Shown piece by piece: positions 39,970 to 50,815 of a DNA stretch of 64,000 nt (the stretch's first letter is position 1; every line of letters begins with the position of its first letter). The DNA is from Mobula hypostoma (lineage: Eukaryota). Position numbers and translations under genes: made by a program. The DNA lies in contig NC_086108.1 in NCBI RefSeq assembly GCF_963921235.1, positions 51,586,001 through 51,650,000 on the forward strand. Direction: 5' to 3'. The notes beneath the pieces are model-generated. The model was not told the origin of the DNA. It did no database searches and saw nothing but the letters and a program-made list of their open reading frames with translations.

Positions 39970-40290
39970 AATTCAAAGTTCAAAATCAATTTATTATCAA
40001 AGTACTTATACGTTGCCAGATGTTACCATAAGTTTCACTTTCTTGTGGGCATTTACAGGAAAAAAAGAAATACAATAGAATTTTATGAAAAACAGACAAA
40101 GTCTGTGAAACAACAAATGTGCAAAAGAAGACAAACTATAAATCAGAATAATACTGAGAACATGAGTTGCAAAGAACCCTTCAGTGAGTCTGCAAGTCAT
40201 CGAATTATTTCAAAGCAGTAGGTTCAGGAGCCTGATAGTTGTAGGGTAATAACTATTTCAGAGCATGGTGGTGAGGGACCTAAGGCCTAG
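39970..40290 (-). mobile_element. Rex1/Babar-like 3' tail fragment
   Basis: TTCAAAGTTCAAAATCAATTTATTATCAAAGTAC is the antisense of the tail type at 30820-30860; GTTCAGGAGCCTGAT...GGGTAATAACT matches the 30230 copy. Confidence 0.55.
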
Positions 40291-40368
40291 TCATTGGGCA
40301 CTATGTTGAAGTCATAGTTGTTGCTGATAATAAAATAACTAAAATAACTGGGCCGAGAACACATACAC

Positions 40369-41545
40369 CAGTGGTCCCCAACCACCGGGCTGCGAGGAAA
40401 CGATATGAGTCAGCTGCACCTTTCCTCATTCCCTGTCATGCGCACTGTTGAGCTTGAACACACGAGGTCATTACGCACACGTTATCCATGTCAGCGCGGG
40501 AAGGAGATCAACTCCTTAAGCTTGCAAATGACAGCGGGCTGAAAAGTATGTTCGACATAACATTTCTGCTGGCATTCTGGATCAAAATCAAAGCTAAATA
40601 TCCTGAGATAGCCACGAAAGCACTGAAAACATTGATTCCATATCCAATATCATATCTCTGCGAAGCGGAGTTTTCTGCAATGAATGCAATGAAAACTAAA
40701 TTGCAGAATAGACTAGACATAAGGAACCCCCTTCGAGTATCACTGTCTCCCATCATCCCTCGATAGGATCGTGTTGTTGCAGGGAAACAAGCCCAGGGCT
40801 CCCACTGATTCAGTGATATTGGTGTGTTGCAATGATTTTATATGTTCATAGGGGGAAAATATGTGCTGTGTGTTTACTATCCAAACGTTACTTAAAATGT
40901 TATGATGCTATTGATTTATATAACCATATAACAATTACAGCACGGAAACAGGCCATCTCGGCCCTTCTAGTCCATGCCGAACGCTACTCTCACCTAGTCC
41001 CACCGACCTGCACTCAGCCCATAACCCTCTATTCCTTTCCTGTCCATAAACCTATCCAATTTTTCTTTAAATGATAATATCGAACCTGCTTCTGCCACTT
41101 CTACTGGAAGTTCGTTCAACACTTACTTCAAGCTCCCCGTCCTCCCCTGATAATTGACTTATCACTATATTCATGCAAGGAAAATATGCGCTGTGTTTAA
41201 TATTAAATTCGTTAGATAAACCCTTTTAGAAACGAAATTGAGTGTGTTAGCCACTTATCACCTATATTCCGATCGTGATTAACACCATCCCCCCCGAACA
41301 GAATTGCCAAAAACGATTTGTAGAAAAAAATCGGCAGGTAAACGCATGCACAGGTCACGTATGCGCAACGGTGCCAGCGCAAGGCTTCATGGTCATTGTA
41401 GTCTTTCTCTGGATAAACACGACGTATTTGATTGCTACTCTTGTCCGTTGGCAACCCTCCCCCCCCAACCCCCCAGGTCAGCCGGTCCGCAAGAATATTG
41501 TCAATATTAAACTGGTCCGCAGTGCAAAAAGGTTGGGGACCCCTG
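40369..41545 (+). mobile_element. Non-autonomous hAT (Charlie/Buster-type) DNA transposon
   Basis: TIRs CAGTGGTCCCCAACC / GGTTGGGGACCCCTG; 8-bp TSD ACATACAC (40361-40368, 41546-41553); ORF 40488-40766 is the hAT dimerization domain (FWIKIKAKYPEIATKALKTLIPYPISYLCEAEFS). Confidence 0.92.
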
Positions 41546-42269
41546 ACATACACTCTTATGGCTCAAACAATCCTTTTATCTTACTGGTGCACAAGGAGAC
41601 AACATGGGGCCATGTCACCCAAATTGTTCTGAAGTCATAGATTCATAGAGTCATGGAACACTACAGCAAAGAAATGGGTCCTTCGGCCCATCTAGTCAAT
41701 GCTGAACCATTAGTCCCATTGATCTGCACCTAGATGAGAACCCTCCATATCCCTCCCATCTATCTACCTATCCAAGTTTCTCTTAAATGTTGAAATGGGC
41801 CCACATTCACCACTTGTGCTGGCAGCTCATTACATACTCTTACCACCCTCTGAGTGAAAAGGTTTCCTCTCATGCTTCCCTTAAACATTTCACCTTTCAC
41901 CTTTAACCCATGACCTCTTGTAGTTTCACCCAACCCCAGTGGAAAAAGCCTGCATTTACCCTACCTATACTCCTCATAATTTAGTATAGCTCAGTCAAAT
42001 CTCCCCTCAATCTTCTTAATTCTTGGGAATAAAGTTCTAACCTGTTCAACCTTTCCCTAGAACTCAGGCCCTCAAGTCCCAGCAACATCTTTGTAAATTC
42101 CAAATACTTATATAACCGGTCCGTTAGGTACTTTCCAATAACTTTCCCACTGCTGATATCAGGTTCAGTGGCCTACGATTTCCTGGCTTATTTTTGGAGC
42201 CTTTCATAAACAACAGAGCAACATTAGCGATCCTTCAGTCCTCTAACACCTTACCCGAGGCTAAAGACA

Positions 42270-42860
42270 TCCGCCAGAGAAAGCAGGATCTCCCAGTGGC
42301 CACACATTTTAATTCCACATCCCATTCCCATTCTGACATGTCTATCCACAGCCTCCTCTACTGTAAAGATGAAGCCACACTCAGGTTGGAGGAACAACAC
42401 CTTATATTCCATCTGGGTAGCCTCCAACCTGATGGCATGAACATCGACTTCTCTAACTTCCGCTAGGCCCCACCTCCCCCTCGTACCCCATCTGTTACTT
42501 ATTTTTATGCACACATTCTTTCTCTCACTCTCCTTTTTCTCCCTCTGTCCCTCTGAATATACCTCTTGCCCATCCTCTGGGTCCCCCCCCCCGTTGTCTT
42601 TCTTCCTGGACCTCCTGTCCCATGATCCTCTCGTATCCCCTTTTGCCTATCACCTGTCCAGCTCTTGGCTCTATCCCTCCCCCTCCTGTCTTCTCCTATC
42701 ATTTTGGATCTCCCCCTCCCCCTCCAACTTTCAAATCCCTTACTCACTCTTCCTTCAGTTAGTCCTGACGAAGGGTCTCGGCCTGAAACGTCGACTGCAC
42801 CTCTTCCTACAGATGCTGCCTGGCCTGCTGCGTTCACCAGCAACTTTGATGTGTGTTGCT
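42270..42860 (+). mobile_element. Non-autonomous Penelope-like element
   Basis: ORF 42194-42466 ends RQRKQDLPVATHFNSTSHSHSDMS...RLEEQHLIFHLGSLQPDGMNIDFSNFR; highly similar to 28515-29082 in the opposite orientation. Confidence 0.9.
42761..42796 (+). ncRNA. Minimal type I hammerhead ribozyme motif in PLE
   Basis: AGTC-CTGACGA-AGGGTCTCGGCCT-GAAAC-GTC^GACT; predicted cleavage after C42792. Confidence 0.8.
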
Positions 42861-43227
42861 TACTATTCTCCTTCACTTTGTCCGCTACAGCAACCTCATG
42901 TCTTCTTTCAGCCCTCCTGATTTTCTTATCTTCTTGCATTTCTTATACTCCTCAAGTATTTCAGTTGTCCCTACCCGCCTGTATCTGCTGTACACCTCCT
43001 TCTTTTTCTTAACAAGGGCCTCAATATCTCTCAAAAACCAAGGTGCCATAAACCTGTTCTCCTTGCCTTTTATTCTGAAATGAACATACAACCACTGTGC
43101 TCCTAACTTTCACTTTTGAAGGCCTCTCACATACCAAATACACCTTTGCCAGGAAACAACCTGCCCCAATCCACACTTGCCAAATCTGATACATCAAAAT
43201 AATTTAGTTTCTCAACCTGAGGACCTT

Positions 43228-43622
43228 AGAAACCATAGAAAAACTACAGCACAGAAACAGGCCTTTTGGCCCTTCTTGGCTGTGCCGAACCATTTTCTGC
43301 CTAGCCCCACAGACCTGCACACGGACCATATCCCTCCATACACCTCCCATCCATGTATCTGTCCAATTTATTCTTAAATGTTAAAAAAGAACCCGCATTT
43401 ACCACCTCGTCTGGCAGCTCATTCCACACTCCCACCACTCTCTGCGTGAAGAAGCCCCCCCAATGTTCCCTTTAAACTTTTCCCCCCTCACCCCTAACCC
43501 ATGTCCTCTGGTTTTTTTCTCCCCTTGCCTCAGTGGAAAAAGCCTGCTTGCATTCACTCTATCTATACCCATCATAATTTTATATACCTCTATCAAATCT
43601 CCCCTCAGTCTTCTACGCTCCA
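43228..43622 (-). mobile_element. Relatively young CR1 3' end
   Basis: ORF 43399-43596: IEVYKIMMGIDRVNASRLFP...KTRGHGL...FKGN; tail reads TAGAAACCATAGAAA on +. Confidence 0.85.
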
Positions 43623-43769
43623 GATCTATCCTTTTCCATAATTACTTTGAAACTAAAGGCATTGTGATTCCAAGGTGTTCCCCTACACAAACCTCTCTTA
43701 CCTGTCCTGACACCTTCCCTCATATGAGATCTAATATTTCTGATCACCTTGTCATCAGAAAGTTGTTAT

Positions 43770-44130
43770 TAAACTGGAAAAAGAGCACAGAAAAGGTTTA
43801 CAAGGATCTTGCCAGAAATCATGAGTTATAGGAAGACGTTGGACAAGCTAGGACTATTTCCTTGGAGTGTTTTAAACTGAGAGGTGATCTTACAGAGGTA
43901 TATAAAATCATGAAGGCACTCAATCATTTTTCCATATTGAGGAATGAAGAACTAGAGGGGATAGGTTTAATGTGAGAAGGTAAAGACTTAATAAGCACCT
44001 GAGGTGTAGCTTTTCTTTTTACACAGGGAGTGGTGTGTATGTATGTGGAATGAGCTGTCAGAGGAGGTATTGAGGTAAGTACAATAGCAACTTTTAAAAG
44101 ACAACTGGTCAGATACATGGAAAACGTAAA
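43770..44130 (+). mobile_element. Degenerate CR1 3' fragment
   Basis: LRGDLTEVYKIMK-like and WNEL motifs. Confidence 0.7.
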
Positions 44131-44154
44131 GATTCTGAGCTAAATCCTAGAAAA

Positions 44155-46820
44155 TGAGAGGTAGTGGGAGAGGTTCCGGAGGATTGGATGATTGCAAATG
44201 TTGTTCTCTTATTCAAGAAATGGAGTAGAGACAGCCCAGGAAATTATAGACCAGTAAGTCTTACTTCAATGGTTGGTAAGTTGATGGAGAAGATCCTGAG
44301 AGACAGGATTTATGAACATTTGGAGAGACATAATATGATTAGGAATAGTCAACATGGCTTTGTCTAAGGTAGGTCATGCCTTACGAGCCTGATTGAATTT
44401 TTTGAGGTTGTGACTAAACACATTGATGAAGGTAGAGCAGTAGATGTAGTGTATATGGATTTCAGCAAGGCATTTGATCATGTACCGCATGGTTTATTCA
44501 GAAAGTAAGGAGGCATGGGATCCAAGGAGACTTTGATTTCTAGATCTAGTATTGGCTTGCCCACAGAAGGCAAAGAGTGGTTGTAGACAGATCATATTCT
44601 GCATGGAGGTCGGTGATCAGTGGTGTGTTTCAGGGATCTGTTAAGGGACTCAGGGATGAGTTAATAAATTTGCTGATGACACAAAGGTTGGGGGTGTTGT
44701 GGATAGTGTGGGCTGTCAGAGGTTACAGTGGGACATCGATGGAATGCAAAACTGGGCTGAGAAGTGGCAGATGGAGTTCAACCAAAATAAGTGTGAGGTG
44801 GTTCATTTTGGTAGATCAAATATGATGGCAGAATATAGTATTAATGGTAAGACTCTTGGCAGTGTGGTGATATAAGTGGGGGGGGGGGCGCTGGGAGCGG
44901 ACCCAAATGCAAGACACAGACACTGAAGTACTAGGAACAGGACTTGACTAGAGAGCGGGGACAAGAACTCAGACTTGGGCTAGGATATCGGCTAGGCAAG
45001 CAGGACCAGGACAAGGAACTGGGAACTAGGAGCCTGGGTTTGAACTCTGAGCTGAAGACTGGACAAGGACCCAGAGTCTTGACTTGGACTCGGACCCGGA
45101 ACTAGGTGAGGACAGGGCTCGAGTACTTCGAAGCCTTGACTTGGACAGGACGAGGTTCTTGGACGTGGCTAGGACAGCACAAGGTTATAGGTCAGAATGA
45201 GAGACTCCTGGGCAGGATGAGGGAACTCCAGTACAGGACGAAGCACATGGACAGGGCAAGGCACATGGTGAGGACGAGAACATGAAGCCTTGAATTGGTA
45301 CTCAGGAACAGCTGAGACTTGGACTTGGGACAGCAGAAACCTTGGAACCTTGGACTCGGGACGACAGGAACACAGAACACAGAGCCTTGGTCTTGGGGAG
45401 GACAGGAACACAGAGCCTTGGTCTAGAGCACGGGAACATGGAGTCTTGGACTTGAGAGACAGGAACACAGGGATATGGAACACAGAGCCAGGACCCCTCC
45501 TTGGGAACAGGACTTAGGGCCGGGACTTGTACACGGAACACAGAGCCAGGACCCCTCCTTGGGAACAGGACTTGGGACCGGGGCCCTACACAGAAAGCTG
45601 AACATGACGGGACGGTTCCCAACACTAGGTAGCGGCAAACGCCCAGACCTACCTAGCGAAGGCATGAACACAGAGACAGTTCCAACTCAACGATATACAG
45701 TTCCTTATCTTGACACAGCAAGGCTCCGGTCTCGCTCCTGTGGTAGAACTTAACAAGGTTGCAGGGCAAGGCTCCAGAAGGAAGAGGAAGGGAAGGGAAC
45801 AGTCCAGCCTCAGGGTAACAGCAAAGACAGCCTGGCTTACCCAACGGAGGCAAGGACAGGAAGGGACAGATCCAACCGCAGGGTAATGGCAAAGACAGCC
45901 TGACTTACCTCACAAAGACAAGGACAGAATACTGACAAGACGAATCAGCCACCACACTCAAACCCAGGGCCACTCAGATTCCCAGCCCCAAGACGAGCAT
46001 CAGGTGCCTATGATTAAACCCAACTGAAACAAGGGACAGCCGGAAGATCCGGAGTCCGGAATCCATGGACCGGACCACGAACTGGAACGTGGACTTTGTG
46101 GACTGGACCATGACATGTGGAGAATCAGAAGGATTTTGGGGTCCAAGTCCATAGGACACTCAAAGCTGCTGCGCAGGTTGACTGTGTGGCTAAGAAGGCG
46201 TATGGTATATTGGCCTTCATCAACCATGGGATTTAGGTCAAGAGCTGAGAGGTAATGTTACAGCTATATCAGACCCTGAGTACTGTGCTCAGTTCTTCTC
46301 ACTTCACCACAGGAAAGATGTGGAAGCTATAAAAAGGATGCAGAGGAGATTTACAAGGATGTTGCCTGGATTGGGGAGCATGCCTTATGAGAATAGGTTG
46401 AGTGAACTTGGCCTTTTCTCCTTGGAGTGACGGAGGATGAGAGGTGACCTGGTAGAAGTGTATAAGATGATGAGAGTTGATCATGTGGATAGTCAGAGGC
46501 TTTTTCCCAGGGCTGAAATGGCTAACACAAGAAGGCACAGTTTTAAGGTGCTTGGAAGTAGGTACAGAGGAGATGTCAGGGGTAAGTTTTTTATGCGGAA
46601 GGTGGTGAGTGTGTGGAATGGGCAGCCGGCAACGGTGGTAGAGGTGGATACAATAGGGTCTTTTATGAGAAACTTGGATAGATAGCTACATGGAGCTGAG
46701 AAAAATAGAGGGTTATGGGTAACCCTAGGTCATTTCTAAAGTAAGTACATGTTCGGCACAGTATTGTAGGCTGAAGGGCCCGTATTGTGCTGTAGGTTTT
46801 CTATGTTTTAAGTTTCTGTG
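44155..46820 (+). mobile_element. CR1 LINE RT-to-3' end, split by a solo LTR
   Basis: GEVPEDWMIANVVLLFKK...PGNYRPVSLTS...QHGF; MRGDLVEVYKMM...TRRHSFKV; CR1 tail at 46770-46820; contiguous across TSD TGTGG. Confidence 0.88.
44868..46115 (-). mobile_element. Solo LTR (probably Gypsy-type) with internal tandem repeats
   Basis: TG...CA termini; 5-bp TSD TGTGG (44863-44867, 46116-46120); shares TGTCATGGTCC start, AGGAGGGGTCC repeats and TTGCATTTGGGTCC 3' motif with 49201-50644. Confidence 0.8.
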
Positions 46821-47010
46821 TTTCAAATGAAACTAGGTTGGTCAGCATGGACAAGTTGGGCTGAAGAGCTTGTTTCTTCGCTGTTTGACTCTATGTACCA
46901 AAAATGGTCCATGAAATTTGCAGCCTTATATCCAATGCAGAAATAATTGTTTGGAAGGAAAAGAGAACATTTCAATTTATTAGTATACGTATTTAGTATA
47001 TAGGGTGGAT

Positions 47011-47196
47011 AGGGTGTCAGAGCGGGGTAGCACCTCTGGTGGGGGAACATGTCACATCCTTTTCAAGGCAGTTTGTCCACCTTTGGTCCCCACTCAGCTC
47101 TCAGCTCTCACCTGTGGCTCCTCATAGCTGTTTGCATGCGACAGCGGCCACACCCCGGGCAACGGCTTCGACAAGCCAACTAAACCAGGTGAGGGT
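47011..47196 (+). ncRNA. HDV-like self-cleaving ribozyme candidate
   Basis: P1 GGGTGT(47012-17):ACACCC(47150-55); P2 CTCACCTGT(47107-15) with AC(C)AGGTGAG(47184-93); P3 GGC(47116-18):GCC(47147-49); L3 starts TCCTC; GGGCAAC follows P1; P4 GGCTT-CGAC-AAGCC; J4/2 CTAA with C47180 at the catalytic position. Confidence 0.65.
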
Positions 47197-47518
47197 AGCC
47201 GACGGGTCTCAAACCCTCGGTGAGATAGGGAGTTGTCTATCCCAGCATGTGAAGACAGACTCCGGCGGATTGAGCGGATGAGACCAATGGAAGGTCCAAC
47301 GGTCAAGAAGGCGGTCTCTGCAAGCATCGTGGAACGTGTAGAGCACAACAAGACACAGAAGACCTCCTGGTCATCCACTGCGCCTAGTCCCATCTCCAGC
47401 CATCTAGACTCTGTCTTGCCACTGGATCCAGATGGGAATTGGGAAGAGAGAGTGAGGCCGACGCTGCGCAACTCTCCCTCACTTAAATCCAAATTACGTG
47501 CTAGTCTCAACACTATCA
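47011..47518 (+). mobile_element. Short non-autonomous RTE-like element (structured 5'UTR plus 3' tail)
   Basis: GC-rich block with an abrupt 5' boundary; HDV-like fold at its 5' end, as known for RTE 5'UTRs; 3' end CCCTCACTTAAATCC...GCTAGTC resembles recalled RTE tails. Family assignment is inference. Confidence 0.55.
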
Positions 47519-47520
47519 AA

Positions 47521-47659
47521 AGCTGGCTGGCGGCATAGTGGCATCAGCACTGGACTTTGGGGCAAGAGGTCCCCAGTTCGAATCCGGCCAGCTCCCTTTC
47601 ACGCTCTCCATCCGTGCTGGGTTGAGCGTCGAGCTAGCAACCCGATCTCGTAAAAAAAA
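47521..47659 (+). mobile_element. tRNA-derived SINE
   Basis: Acceptor-like stem AGCTGGC:GCCAGCT, A-box-like TGGCGGCATAGTGG, B box GTTCGAATCC (47576-47585), short body and A-tail. Confidence 0.65.
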
Positions 47660-48291
47660 GTACTAATGGTGTTGAGGTCTTCACTGGATGAACTGTATCT
47701 GCATTTACATAAAAGTCTAGTGTAACTGTGGTAACATCTTTTAGAAGTTACAATATCAATCCAATGAATGCAATTGCATTCAGGAAATACGCATTTCTTG
47801 AGTTTTCTTTGGATTGAGTTAATAGAAAAAGTATTAAGGAAACAAATTCTACAACAATGTCTTTAGGCACTGCCAATGTTCTAGGGACGGCCTTGGAAAG
47901 AATGAATTGTTGGAACTTGGTGATCTGTCATTTTTTATATAAAAAGGGAAAATGTTATTTTAAATGTTGTCCCTTCTTTAAACTATATATACATATCCAA
48001 TAATAGAACCATGTTTTCCTTATTGCCTGGGAATATACGGTACATGCATTTATAACATGCATTTGTTCATACATCCTTTGGAATCGAAGAAAATTGAAGC
48101 GATTCCTCTGGGTCTATTCACTGAAATGAGTTCTATTCATGGCTATAGATAAAATTCTACAAATTCAGTGTAAATAGCCTCAAAGGTGTCAATTGTTGAA
48201 GTTGGATGAGCACATCATGTTTATCAGAAATACACTCTTTGTCACTTTGAAGATGGGAGATTGAAGAAATTAATATAGTGGCATTAGTTAC

Positions 48292-48841
48292 TGTTAGAGT
48301 AGATTTCTTTTTGGGTAGATGATTTGGTTACGCTTAAATGACTTTGGCCACCAGACTTCTATTTTAACTGTTTGACAAAGGACTGTGGATTGAGTCCACC
48401 ACAATGGGCTTCCTAAAAGGTATACCAGATGCTTCTGGTGCCTGATGCTGTAGTTTCGAAGACAGTATTATCTATACATTTTAAATATTAATTATCTTCT
48501 ATGTTAGCACGTAAAATGCCCAATAGATGTATTGTGGATTGAACTAAAGGCTGTGGATACCAACCCAGACATGTTGGCGTCAGAAGGAAAGGATGAAATC
48601 TGAAGGTGTGATGTTTGTATGTAACTTCAAAAGGAAGCATTGTCTATGCATTGACTGTAACTTTTTAAGTAGCGACTGCCTTTGTGTTTAGCATATAAAT
48701 ATCGAGCCCACATTGAGCTAACAGACCTTTCTGTGGAAAGCGTCTCCGTCGGTAGATGCCTGCTTGTTGTGTCGAATAAAGAAGCTGCTTTGTATCTACC
48801 AGTGACTCTATCTCTCCGGTAATTTCATCCACGCTACAACA
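48292..48841 (+). repeat. 5' LTR
   Basis: About 95% identical to 59800-60354; TATAAA near 48695 and AATAAA at 48775. Confidence 0.95.
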
Positions 48842-48843
48842 TT

Positions 48844-48861
48844 TGGTATCAGGAGTGGGAT
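48844..48861 (+). promoter_or_regulatory. Primer-binding site, tRNA-Leu(CAG)
   Basis: TGGTATCAGGAGTGGGAT, 2 nt after the LTR; 17/18 match to the complement of the vertebrate tRNA-Leu(CAG) 3' end (TGGTGTCAGGAGTGGGAT, recalled). Confidence 0.85.
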
Positions 48862-49200
48862 ACTTTCCTGACCCGTCGTGTGGCCAGCGTTCCTAGCAGT
48901 TTTAAGTTGGTGAGTATTTTTCTAAAATAACACTCACACTTGAATCTGTTCGGTCGGTGATGCACGGATCACGAGGTACACGAATGTGGAGAGCCGAACT
49001 GGTAGATATTAGTGTGTGCATGTGTGTTCATGTAAGTGAGGAATCTTTGCATGTTAACTTGGTGAGAGTTGGACCACCTGTTGCGAAAGGTGGTAACCCA
49101 CGGTACGGTTCGAGACGCCAGCTTAGGGGCGTGTATACTCGTTCGGGGAGTTGCATTTTAGTGTATGCGTGTGCAGGTGTGATGCAAGAGAATACAGTAG

Positions 49201-50644
49201 TGTCATGGTCCGGATCGGGGTCCCTTTAAATTTAGCTTGTTTATGTTACGATCTGGATCGTTGATTCCCTGTTTTCCCATGTCCCTCGACTTTGGTGATT
49301 AGAGGCAATTAACACTCGGCTGAACCGGTAGTTTATAGTCTCCAGCTTTCAGACGTTCGGTGCGGGAGCATCTGTAAAGTCATCAAATGTACGGTGTGCC
49401 GATGTCATCTGGCTGGAGCAAGCCTAGTCCCTGCCGAAGCGAGTGCCGGTAATTCGCCTTTCCTCACCGGAGCAACCTTGTTAAGTTACCTCACCAGAGC
49501 GAGCCTGCAAAGTTTCCTCACCGAGGTGGGTCTGTCAGTTAACCCGCCGGAGGGAATCAAGAACCACTGTCTACTGTTCCTGGGCCGAGTCGAGAGCTCA
49601 CCACTACCTGGAGGCTCCAAGGCAAGTCCTGGCCCTGGTGGCATTCTAGAACCAAGTCAAGTCCTGGGCCTGGCGGCATTCTAGCACCAAGTCAATTCCT
49701 GGGCCTGGCGGCATTCTAGCACCAAGTCAAGTCCTGGGCCTGGTGGCTTCCCAGTTCTGAGTCAAGTCCTGGCCCTGGTGGTCTGTGATTCCTGTTCTAC
49801 CCCCTTGTCTGAATCCGTTCTCTGCCCCCTTGCCTCTAGCCCTTGTCTGCAGCCCCTGCCTGCACTTTGGTCTAGTTCCATCACTGGAGCTAGATAGGTA
49901 CTGTCTGGTGTTCATTTGTTTTGGTCTTGTCTTGTTTTGTCCTCGCCTCTGTGGGGTAAGTCAGGCCGTCTTGCTGTTGTTCCGCGGGGGTCATGTCTTG
50001 TCTGGTCCTTGCCTCTGTGGGGGTAAGTCTGGCTGTCTTGCTGTTGCCCTGTGGGGAGTCATGTCTTGTCTTGTCCTGTCCTCTGTGGGGTAAGTCAGGC
50101 TGTCTTGCTGTTGCCCTGTGGAGGGTCATGAGTCCTGGCCCTATGTCCTGTACCCAAGGAGGGGTCCCAGCTCTCTGTTCTGTGTGTGAGTCCCAACCCT
50201 ATGTCCTGTACCCAAGGAGGGGTCCCAACTCTGTGCTCTGTGTATGTGTCTATGGTTCCATGTCCCTGCTCTCCTGAGACCGAGGCTCTGTTTTCCATGT
50301 TCCTCCTCTCCCTAGCCCATGTCATGTCCATGCCTGGTTCTGGGGTCTGAGCCCGAGGCAAGACCCAGGTACTGGGTCCTTGCCCAGTCTCGGCTGGGAG
50401 TCCATACCCTAGCCTCTTCATGTCTCCTCTAGTTCTGGGAGCCGATTCCAATTCCAAGTCCAAGCCCAGACCCTTGATACCAGCCTAGTCGTAGTCCTCA
50501 GACCTGAAGTAGACCTTCAGTTCGCTATTCCTACTCCTGCCTCGCTCTCCTGGTTTCGAACAATAAACTAAATTTAAGTAACCTCACTAGATGTGCCTTG
50601 CATTTGGGTCCACCCTTGCTCCCTATGCCCCTGCCATTGTGATA
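49201..50644 (+). mobile_element. Solo LTR nested in the provirus leader
   Basis: TGTCATGG...TTGTGATA termini; 5-bp TSD AGTAG (49196-49200, 50645-50649); AATAAA near 50562; internal tandem repeats; related to 44868-46115. Confidence 0.85.
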
Positions 50645-50815
50645 AGTAGGCATCATGAGTTCAGGTACCCAAAGGTGGCAGACTGTTGAATACATGCTCT
50701 GTGGTTTTAAGTATGTACTGTTTAACTGCTACCTGTCTATGATATTTTGCGTAGTTTAGGAATTAGTGTGGGGATATCTCAGGGAGAGGTTTCACCCGGA
50801 GAGATCAAACAGAAT

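Larger units (their letters stand above)
41636..43200 (-). mobile_element. CR1 LINE fragments (3' end, RT and linker), interrupted by a PLE
   Basis: Antisense CR1 tail ATAGAGTCAT...GGCCCATCTAGTC; PWFLRDIEALVKKKKEVY and RRAERRHEVAVADKVKENSK peptides. Confidence 0.8.

Noticed and set aside
47521..47595. Functional tRNA gene
   Set aside because: Anticodon and T stems pair poorly, and it is followed by a body and A-tail typical of a SINE.
45169..50463. Multiple 60-120 aa ORFs within the two solo LTRs
   Set aside because: Low-complexity translations of GC-rich internal LTR repeats.
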